NCBI GenBank assembly: GCA_963665295.1
Contig: OY762209.1
Coordinates: forward strand, 4,160,001 to 4,224,000
Direction of reading: 5' to 3'
DNA length: 64,000 nt
DNA from: Syntrophorhabdaceae bacterium
Lineage (GTDB): Bacteria; Desulfobacterota; Syntrophorhabdia; Syntrophorhabdales; Syntrophorhabdaceae
Below the pieces are notes generated by a model, which did not search any database, was not told the DNA's origin, and saw only the letters and a list, made by a program, of their open reading frames with translations. This document shows, one piece after another, positions 41,552 through 49,076 of this stretch (the first letter of the stretch is position 1; the number at the start of each line of letters is the position of its first letter). Made by a program: the position numbers and the translations under genes.

Positions 41552-41773
41552 CTATGCTTTTTCCTTCTCTTCGACGTCTTCTTTCACCTCGGCGTTTTCC
41601 TGACCTTCAGTTGCTTCCTGGGTTTCCATAACATCTCCCTCTTCGCCGACCTCAACCTCGCCGCCTTCTTCCTGCGTCTTGCCGGCAAAACGCCGCTGCC
41701 GTTTTTCCTCCTGCTTCTTGAGACGGGCAGTCTCCTTTCTTCTTTTTTCGCTTTTGTATGCGTGTCTCGCCAC
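41552..41773 (-). CDS. Small charged hypothetical protein (basic N-half, acidic C-half)
   Basis: GTG start with GGAGGAGGAGG RBS; YKSEKRRKE..R.KKQEEKRQRR then an E-rich tail. Confidence 0.7.
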   Translation of the reverse strand: MARHAYKSEKRRKETARLKKQEEKRQRRFAGKTQEEGGEVEVGEEGDVMETQEATEGQENAEVKEDVEEKEKA

Positions 41774-42026
41774 TTAAGCCCTCCTCCTCCTACATAAGAT
41801 TATGCTGGCATACTAACATTAAAAGCAGAGAAAGAACAGTCATTTGTGCAGGGAACCATACATGAAACATAATTTTCGAGGTTCCCGGGAGGACACCATT
41901 CCGCCTGCCGGAAGGTCGAGACATTCATACCCGCCCGATCATAAGTTCACGGATGGCGCCTGATGTGCTAAGATTGATTGCAGAGGGCATCATTGCAGGA
42001 AGAGAGCACAAAGTGAGCGAGGACAG

Positions 42027-43262
42027 ATGATAACTATCGACGATATATACGAAGCCGGGAGGCGCATAGAACCCTTCATCCATAAGACCCCGCTGATCCA
42101 CTCAAGTTCCCTGAGTAAGGCCACAGGGGCCGAGGTCTTCATAAAAGCGGAAAATCTCCAGAAGACAGGTGCGTTTAAAGTGCGAGGTGCCTTCAACAAG
42201 ATGATAGGTCTCGGGGCGGACAAAGTCATTACCGCCTCCATGGGCAACCATGCCCAGGCGGTTGCCTTCGCAGCAAGGGAAACAGGGGCCAGGGCAAGGA
42301 TTGTCATGCCCGTCATGGTGACCCTGGTAAAAGAAGAAGCCTCGAAGGCTTACGGGGCGGAGGTTATTCTTTATGGAGACAACTTCCGCGAGTCCCTCGA
42401 ATATGCCCTGTCCCAGAACGAATACCTCTTCATCCACCCCTTTGATGACGACCGGATCATCGCCGGACAGGGGACCATAGGTCTTGAGATTATGGAGCAA
42501 ACGCAGGGAATCGATGCGGTGCTCGTGCCCGTGGGCGGAGGAGGTCTTGTCGCGGGAATTGCCCTTGCCGTGAAGGCCATTTCTCCGCAAACGGAGGTCA
42601 TAGGTGTCCAGACCGAGTCGGCCCCCTCGGCGTACAGGTCCTTCTACGAACGCCGGCTCGCCACGATCCCGCCATGCCCCACCATAGCGGACGGCATTGC
42701 GGTAGGAAGGACCGGCGACAGGCCTTTCGAAGTCATAGCCTCCCTGGTGGACGACATGATACTGGTGAAGGAAGACTCCATAGCACTGTCGGTTCTTCTT
42801 TTCATGGAAAGGATGAAACTGGTTGTGGAGGGGGCAGGCGCAGTCCCCCTTGGGGCGCTTCTCTCGCACAAGGAACGCTTCAGAGGAAAACGTGTCGCAC
42901 TCGTTGCAAGCGGCGGAAACATCGATTTTACCATCATCGACCGTATTGTGCGTAAAGGCCTCGTTACCAACGGGAGGATCGCGGTTTTCGAGGTCATTGT
43001 CCACGACCTGCCGGGCAGCCTCCGCGACCTCACGGGGATTATCGCGGCCCACCGGGCGAATATCCTCGACGTGTATCACAACAGACTCGCCGAAAACGTC
43101 CCGGTCGGGAAGACCGAGGTGGCATTTACCGTGGAGGCGCGTTCCAGGGAGAACCTGGAAGAACTGCTTTCAAGTATCAGGGCCGGGGGCTTTGTTGTGA
43201 AGGATGTCGGGTCCCTTCCGGATAACGGCTATCCCCGGGCTCCCGATGGGGAGGGCGGATGA
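42027..43262 (+). CDS. ilvA: Threonine ammonia-lyase (PLP-dependent, C-terminal ACT domain)
   Basis: KAENLQKTGAFKVRGA, GNHAQ, IAGQGT, PVGGGGL, TIADG, SGGNID, ACT (HDLPGSL). Confidence 0.93.
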   Translation: MITIDDIYEAGRRIEPFIHKTPLIHSSSLSKATGAEVFIKAENLQKTGAFKVRGAFNKMIGLGADKVITASMGNHAQAVAFAARETGARARIVMPVMVTLVKEEASKAYGAEVILYGDNFRESLEYALSQNEYLFIHPFDDDRIIAGQGTIGLEIMEQTQGIDAVLVPVGGGGLVAGIALAVKAISPQTEVIGVQTESAPSAYRSFYERRLATIPPCPTIADGIAVGRTGDRPFEVIASLVDDMILVKEDSIALSVLLFMERMKLVVEGAGAVPLGALLSHKERFRGKRVALVASGGNIDFTIIDRIVRKGLVTNGRIAVFEVIVHDLPGSLRDLTGIIAAHRANILDVYHNRLAENVPVGKTEVAFTVEARSRENLEELLSSIRAGGFVVKDVGSLPDNGYPRAPDGEGG

Positions 43263-43633
43263 AGATAACCGAGCGGCAATTTGATGACCTTGTGGAGAAG
43301 GCCATACGGCGAATACCCCCTGAGATCCGGGAACACCTTGAGAACATAATTATCTCCGTGCTCCCTAAACCGTCAAGGGAGATGCTTCGCGAGGCGGGTC
43401 TGCCCGCAGGTGAGACGCTCCTCGGGCTTTTCCAGGGGATTTCGCTTCTGGAGCGCACCGTTTCGTCCCCTCCGCTTTTTCCCGACACCATCTTCCTCTT
43501 CCAACAGCCCCTTCAGGAGATGTGTGCTACAGCCGAAGAACTGGAGGAGGAGATCGAAATCACCGTGGTCCATGAAGTGGCGCACTTCCTGGGGATAACC
43601 GAAGAGCGACTCGCCGAGTTAGGCTACGAATAG
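43259..43633 (+). CDS. Zincin-like metallopeptidase family protein (DUF1025-like)
   Basis: LLGLFQG, PDTIFLFQ, TVVHEVAHFLG (HExxH). Confidence 0.88.
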   Translation: MKITERQFDDLVEKAIRRIPPEIREHLENIIISVLPKPSREMLREAGLPAGETLLGLFQGISLLERTVSSPPLFPDTIFLFQQPLQEMCATAEELEEEIEITVVHEVAHFLGITEERLAELGYE

Positions 43634-43646
43634 GTCATCAAACCGC

Positions 43647-44282
43647 TCACGTGAAGGGAACCCTGCGCTCCAGGGTCTCCGGATAGGGATACTCCATGCG
43701 CCTTGCCGTGGCTCGTGCAACCTCCTCCCCGAAATAACGGGCCACAAGGATTAAGGCGAGGTCTATGCCCGCGGAAATACCCGCCGAGGTGAAAACGTTC
43801 CCGTCTTCTACAACATGGAGGCAGTCCTCGACCACTGTGTCAGGGAAGGATTCTCTCATCCATCCCAGCATGTTCCAGTGGGTTGTTGCGCGACGGCCCT
43901 TGAGGAGTCCCGCCTTCCCGAGGAGCATCGAACCCGTGCACACGGATGTTACCGTTTCAGCCTGGACTGCACGCTCATGGATCCAATTAAGAAGGCGGCC
44001 GTTGGCTATCTCCTTCCGTGTCCCCAATCCGCCCGGGACCATGAGGATGTCGAAGGGTGGACAGTTCTCGACGGTGAACTCAGGCATTACCCGCATTCCG
44101 CCTGTCGTGATTACCATCTCGTCCCTCTCCGCCACAAGCATGACCCTGAAGGGGGAAGCCTCCTCAAGGCGCCTATCCTCGTTGAGGCGAGCCACGGAAA
44201 AGACCTCGAAGGGTCCGCAAAAATCGAGGACCTCCACCTCGTTGAATATAACAATACACACTGTTTTGCGCACCATATGCAA
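43647..44282 (-). CDS. DJ-1/PfpI family protein (InhA-like)
   Basis: EVLDFCGPFEVF, VPGG, SVCTG (nucleophile Cys), ATTHW, TSAGISAGIDLAL. Confidence 0.92.
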   Translation of the reverse strand: MHMVRKTVCIVIFNEVEVLDFCGPFEVFSVARLNEDRRLEEASPFRVMLVAERDEMVITTGGMRVMPEFTVENCPPFDILMVPGGLGTRKEIANGRLLNWIHERAVQAETVTSVCTGSMLLGKAGLLKGRRATTHWNMLGWMRESFPDTVVEDCLHVVEDGNVFTSAGISAGIDLALILVARYFGEEVARATARRMEYPYPETLERRVPFT

Positions 44283-44287
44283 CTCCT

Positions 44288-45169
44288 TTAGCAGCCCCTT
44301 GGCCGAGCCTTTCTCCCAGGGATTTTCGACTCACACGGGACCCCGGTCTGGCACAAACCGCACCCGTAGATATTCAGACCATATCTTTCCTTGATGTAAG
44401 ATGTGGTTACCGTATCTATGTATTCCTTGCACTTCTCTTTATTGTGCCCTTCTTTGGTAATTGCGCCGGCGGGACAGCGGTCCATACACTTCCCGCACGT
44501 ACCGCCCTGCAAAAAAAGACAGTACTCGTCGTGGTCCCTGTAAGGCCTCATGGTCGCGTCTATATTGACGCGCGCCACCACAGACCCACAGCGAACAGCC
44601 TTTCCCACGGGGGTGATAAGGCCGTCACAAAGCCCAAAAGTCCCGAGACCCGATACATATGCGGCGTGACGCTCAGACCATGTGGATGCCAAACCGTACT
44701 TTTCCGAGATATGCATGGCCCACAACGGGGATAACTGGGGCGCTATCGCCTCATACCCTCGCTGCGTGAGCAGAGAGACCAGGTGCCTGCGTAGTTTCAC
44801 GTTGAATTCCTCTCCTGCCTGTCGCGACCGCGCCCATCGTTCCGCCGGAAACCGCGTCTCCTCGCGGCTGTCCATTTTTGTCGCCCTTGTCTGGGGCAGA
44901 ATCCAGGCAATCACCGTGACCTGCGACGGTGCGACCTCCATATCGGGAAAGCCGGTCCTCAATATGTCAATCGGCTCCCAGTAGAACGTCCCCACATGGG
45001 CTTTGATTTCCGCATACAGAGGGTCCTGCCCCGTAGAGAAACCCACGAGGGGCCGCCCCCAGCCCGGCTCGTTGTTTACGGTGCCGAGATTGTTTTGAGA
45101 AGACGCCGCAAATCCGACAATCTCCTCCCTGATCCACGCCGCCAAATTTGCCTCGCCACTGCTTCTCAT
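44288..45169 (-). CDS. QueG/reductive dehalogenase-like 4Fe-4S protein
   Basis: WSERHAAYVSGLGTFG..GLIT..G..VR.GSV, C..C...CP.GAI, C, GCGLCQTGVPC. Confidence 0.8.
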   Translation of the reverse strand: MRSSGEANLAAWIREEIVGFAASSQNNLGTVNNEPGWGRPLVGFSTGQDPLYAEIKAHVGTFYWEPIDILRTGFPDMEVAPSQVTVIAWILPQTRATKMDSREETRFPAERWARSRQAGEEFNVKLRRHLVSLLTQRGYEAIAPQLSPLWAMHISEKYGLASTWSERHAAYVSGLGTFGLCDGLITPVGKAVRCGSVVARVNIDATMRPYRDHDEYCLFLQGGTCGKCMDRCPAGAITKEGHNKEKCKEYIDTVTTSYIKERYGLNIYGCGLCQTGVPCESKIPGRKARPRGC

Positions 45170-45205
45170 AACATAATCCCTTTTCCTTACCCTCCACCGG
45201 ATTCG

Positions 45206-46018
45206 CTACAGGTAGCGATGAAGCACCTTTCCTCCGGTGATGGTAAGACCGATCCCGAATGAATAACCTTCGCCCACTTCGATGGGTCCCAGGTCGGCCA
45301 CCTCCTCAAAAACGGAAGGCATAAACCGGACATCAGCGTCCCCGGCCCAGGCATCCGCGACTTTCACATCGGTGACCATGCTCATGGTGAGGTCATGCAC
45401 CAGAGGCTTCAGAGGATTTTCGAAATCAGGGAAATGGCGCATCAGATAAAACTTCACAGGGGGCACTTCTTCCTCGGCGATGCGCCTGCTGAATACCAGC
45501 GAGCCCTCTACAATCCTTTCCTCGTGAGAGACGCAGATACCCTTCATTTTCGCGCCTACCTTCTTTCCACCTACCTGAGGCGTCAAATCGTGGAGTTTTG
45601 TTATATGGACGCGGCCGAGTTTCTTGGGAAAACCCTGGATGAACCCCCGCATGAGGGTGAAATCGTTATCGACCCAGATATAAGGAACGTAATATCCGGG
45701 TACGCCCTCAAACTCGCACCGTACCATGACGATACATTCCCGATAGATGGAACGCTCGGGGTTGACAAAGGAGATGTCGGGATTGGAGGCGCTTACGGAA
45801 ACCCATTCCACGAACCAGACGGCTCCTTCCCCCGGGTTCAGACCCATCTCAAGGGGCGGAGGAATCAGGGCCCTCACTTTATCGGGGTCGGCCTTGAATT
45901 TGAGATGCATCACGTCTCCGCCATAATGCCAGGGCGGTGGGTCCATGAGGGACGATCGACCCTCCGGCGATAAAGGCAGCATATATCCCTTGAGCGAAAG
46001 CCTTTCTTTTGAATCCAT
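45206..46018 (-). CDS. Acetoacetate decarboxylase-like superfamily protein
   Basis: GY.LPLSPEGRSSL..PPPWHY, YREC, IWVDND, RG..QGFPKKLG (Schiff-base Lys motif). Confidence 0.85.
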   Translation of the reverse strand: MDSKERLSLKGYMLPLSPEGRSSLMDPPPWHYGGDVMHLKFKADPDKVRALIPPPLEMGLNPGEGAVWFVEWVSVSASNPDISFVNPERSIYRECIVMVRCEFEGVPGYYVPYIWVDNDFTLMRGFIQGFPKKLGRVHITKLHDLTPQVGGKKVGAKMKGICVSHEERIVEGSLVFSRRIAEEEVPPVKFYLMRHFPDFENPLKPLVHDLTMSMVTDVKVADAWAGDADVRFMPSVFEEVADLGPIEVGEGYSFGIGLTITGGKVLHRYL

Positions 46019-46100
46019 AAAGCCTCCTTTTTTATGTTTTAGGGTCTTTGCGTTCCCCTGTTTCCCGTCCCTGTGAATAACCGGTCGTGCCGATCATTGA

Positions 46101-46134
46101 TTGACTTGATACCATCAATAGTTTATTATGTCAA
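46101..46134. promoter_or_regulatory. Overlapping divergent sigma70-type promoters
   Basis: Plus strand TTGACT-N17-TATTAT (46101-46129); minus strand TTGACA-N17-TATCAA with extended TG (46134-46106). Confidence 0.65.
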
Positions 46135-46191
46135 GTAGTTACATATTTGTTACACAGTTTCATTATGTATACTATTGGAGGTTCACAGATC

Positions 46192-46485
46192 GTGAATGAA
46201 TTCTGCCCGGTTACGAGGACGTTAGATATCATTGGCGGAAAATGGACCCTCCTTATTCTGAGGGATCTCTTCGAAGGGACGAAAAGGTTCGGTGAGCTTC
46301 GAAAATCCCTGGAAGGAATAAGTCCCAAGACCCTGTCCGAAAGACTCCGTTACCTGGAGAAAGAAGGGATCGTTGAAAAGAAGATCTACCCGGAGGTCCC
46401 TCCCAAGGTCGAGTATTCATTAACGGAAAGGGGCAGAACGCTCCGCCCCATCCTGATCAGCATGAAGCACTGGGGGAATCTGTAG
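46192..46485 (+). CDS. HxlR (MarR/DUF24) family winged-helix regulator
   Basis: CPVTRTLDIIGGKWT, RFGEL, ISPKTLSERLR.LE, YPEVPPKVEYSLT; GTG after GGAGG. Confidence 0.93.
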   Translation: MNEFCPVTRTLDIIGGKWTLLILRDLFEGTKRFGELRKSLEGISPKTLSERLRYLEKEGIVEKKIYPEVPPKVEYSLTERGRTLRPILISMKHWGNL

Positions 46486-46555
46486 GACGCAGTCATCAGA
46501 GCGACACCGTCCGACCCGGTCGCGGCGGACTCTTTTCCCGGCAAACTGCACCAAC

Positions 46556-46900
46556 TCATGGCTGTGACCGGAATGTCTCCACCGCCGCTTCGATATCCCT
46601 CAACACCGGGATATCCGTGGAGAGGTCCACCATCTCGAACACCCGTTTTACCGTCTCATTTGCCCCGCATATTACCATCTTCCCTTTTCCTTCCTCTACC
46701 CGGCCCTGGGACTGGTAAAGAACCCTTATCCCTGCGCTGCTTATATATTCCAGATCATGGAAGTCCAATACGAGAAAGCACTGTCCCCTCTCCACCAGGG
46801 CCCTCAATGATTCTGTCAGTCCCGGGGCGGAAACTGCGTCAAGCCTCCCCTTAACCGTCAGGATCAGGATGTGATCTTTAGAATAATTTGTGATTTCCAT
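46556..46900 (-). CDS. STAS domain anti-sigma factor antagonist (SpoIIAA/RsbV-like)
   Basis: GRLDA, VLDFHDLEYISSAGIRVL (phospho-Ser motif), VKRVFEM; RBS GAGGAGAG. Confidence 0.93.
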   Translation of the reverse strand: MEITNYSKDHILILTVKGRLDAVSAPGLTESLRALVERGQCFLVLDFHDLEYISSAGIRVLYQSQGRVEEGKGKMVICGANETVKRVFEMVDLSTDIPVLRDIEAAVETFRSQP

Positions 46901-46951
46901 TCTTCTCTCCTCTCGCAGTGGATCCCCGCCCAAAAAGGCGCTCCACGAACA

Positions 46952-46978
46952 TTATCGGTATTTTCGCAGTTAAGTTTC
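46952..46978 (-). promoter_or_regulatory. Possible sigma28-like internal promoter for the STAS gene
   Basis: Minus strand GAAA-N15-ACCGATAA in the SpoIIE-STAS intergenic gap. Confidence 0.4.
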
Positions 46979-46985
46979 CCTTTGT

Positions 46986-49076
46986 CTACGCTTTTTCAAC
47001 CATCCCGGGGAAGGCGGCAGGCCCAAGGTACCTCACGCACAGCATGGTAATATCGTCGGATTGTATGGAACCCGCCGAGTGCGCTCTCACTGCGTCAAGG
47101 ACACGATGGGCCATGTCCTCCGGAGAAGTCATCGGGTCGGTCCGTCGCAAGGTAAAGAGGAGCCTTTCCTCGCCGAATAACCTCCCTTCGGAATCCATTG
47201 CCTCCGTGACCCCATCGGTGAACATGAACAAGGCCTGACCTTGGGACAGGACCATGGCCTGACCCTTGAAAGACGTCTCCCTCCTGATGCCGAGCGGCCT
47301 TCCCGGCGTCACGGGCACCGCCATTGCCCCAAGGTCCGGCCCCATCAGGTAAGGAGGATTATGACCTGCGTTTGCGTAATCGAGTTCTCCTGTCTCCACG
47401 TTCAGGACCGCGAGAAAAATCGTGGTAAACATGACGTGGTCATTCTCCTCGCAGAGAACATTGTTAGCCTTCGTGAGGATTTCCGAGGCAAAGGCGGGCC
47501 CCCTCTCGGCCGCGGCAAGGAGCCTGATAACCGTTTTGCTCCTCGCCATAAACAACGCGGCAGGGACTCCTTTATCCGTTACGTCGCCTATCACAAGGCA
47601 CAGGCGGGTATCATCGATGAAGAAAAAGTCGTAGAAATCGCCGCCCACTTCCCGCGCAGGTTCGAGTACCGCGAAAAGCCCGAAGGTCTCCCGGGTCAAC
47701 CCGGGAGGATGGGGGACCATGCTCATCTGTATTTCGTGGGCAATCTTCAATTCACTTTCAATCTTCTCCTTGGCGGCGGTGGTCTCCTTGAGTTTTTCGA
47801 TATACCCGGTGAGCGACCCTATCATAAATGCGAAGGCGTCGGCCAGGCCCGCGATTTCATCCTTCGATTTGCCGGCAAGGCTTTTGATCCCCGCACGGAT
47901 CTCGTCAACCATGTGAAAATCCGTGCGCGAGAGGGACCTCGCATAAAAGCTCAGAAGCTTCAGATTGCCTGTCATCCTGCCCACCAGAAAAAGGGCGAGT
48001 AGGCAGCTTAAAACGATGATGGTAATGGTGAGCACGATCTGCCAGGTGACAATCTTTTTGACCGGAGCATCTATCTCATCCTTGTAAACGGAAGCCACCA
48101 CATACCATCCCAGGGGGGCAAAGTAATCCGCGTACCCTTCCTTCAGGAAGCGATACTCGTTGGGATGGTCGGGTGGTTTGTTCCATAGATAGACAAAGGG
48201 GATTCCCGGGGTTGCGGACGCCCTGACTATGTCGTCATAATGGTTTGTGCCCCTCACGGGGTCCTTGACGCCGGCCACGTTCGTACCCGCCCGCTCGGGG
48301 TGAAGGAGCATCTGTTTCCGGTCGTCAAAAAGATAGAAGTACCCCGTCTTGCCTATGGTTATCCTGCTGAACGTATCTTTCAGGTCTGAGAGCACCCGGG
48401 CGATCTTGACGTCCTCATCCTTTTGGATGTCATCGATGTATACACCGGTTCCCACGATCCAGTTCCACTTCCGGTAAAGTTCTACGTAACTCAATTTCTC
48501 AACAGGCTTGTTCTCGCCCAGCCTTATGTGCCAAAAGGAATCAAACCCGCTTCCACGAGTCCTCGCCGTCTTTATGACGTCCCTTACCACGTATTTTCCC
48601 TTCACATCGCGGTATTGCCAAAGGTCTTTCTTATGGAGACCGGGGTCCGGATGGGAAATGTTCATTCCTTTCTCATCGTAGATGAAGAAGTAATCATTAT
48701 TCCCGAACTTGAATCGCCTCACTGATTCCGCCGCGAACTGTTTCGCCTGATTCTCGGTGAGGACGCCCGCTTCGTAAAGGCGCTCGCAGGAGTCGATATG
48801 CGCAATAACAACGGCTACCAGGTTTCTCAGTTGCTCCTTATATCTGAGCAAGGCGTACTCCCGGTGGTAGACAATGCTCTTGTACTGGTTTTCAATATCG
48901 AGTTTGACAAGAGAAAGTTGGTTTCGCGCCGCGTCCCTGGTCGTCCGACCCACAACCCGGGTGACTTCCGTGCCGGTGAGGGCCATAATCGCCGCAGATG
49001 AAACGACAAGTATGCCCACAATAAGAAGGAGCATTTTCGACCGGAATGAAGTGAACATCCGCGCTCCGAGGATCAA
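46986..49076 (-). CDS. Membrane sensor Ser/Thr phosphatase: Cache domains-HAMP-SpoIIE (RsbU-like PP2C)
   Basis: TM, Cache_2-like (YFFIYD...HP...D.KGK...W....KLSY...WNWIVGTGVYIDDI), second Cache module, TM, HAMP, PP2C motifs VGGDFYD, GDVTDKGVPAA, FTDGVTEA, SDDIT. Confidence 0.93.
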   Translation of the reverse strand: MILGARMFTSFRSKMLLLIVGILVVSSAAIMALTGTEVTRVVGRTTRDAARNQLSLVKLDIENQYKSIVYHREYALLRYKEQLRNLVAVVIAHIDSCERLYEAGVLTENQAKQFAAESVRRFKFGNNDYFFIYDEKGMNISHPDPGLHKKDLWQYRDVKGKYVVRDVIKTARTRGSGFDSFWHIRLGENKPVEKLSYVELYRKWNWIVGTGVYIDDIQKDEDVKIARVLSDLKDTFSRITIGKTGYFYLFDDRKQMLLHPERAGTNVAGVKDPVRGTNHYDDIVRASATPGIPFVYLWNKPPDHPNEYRFLKEGYADYFAPLGWYVVASVYKDEIDAPVKKIVTWQIVLTITIIVLSCLLALFLVGRMTGNLKLLSFYARSLSRTDFHMVDEIRAGIKSLAGKSKDEIAGLADAFAFMIGSLTGYIEKLKETTAAKEKIESELKIAHEIQMSMVPHPPGLTRETFGLFAVLEPAREVGGDFYDFFFIDDTRLCLVIGDVTDKGVPAALFMARSKTVIRLLAAAERGPAFASEILTKANNVLCEENDHVMFTTIFLAVLNVETGELDYANAGHNPPYLMGPDLGAMAVPVTPGRPLGIRRETSFKGQAMVLSQGQALFMFTDGVTEAMDSEGRLFGEERLLFTLRRTDPMTSPEDMAHRVLDAVRAHSAGSIQSDDITMLCVRYLGPAAFPGMVEKA

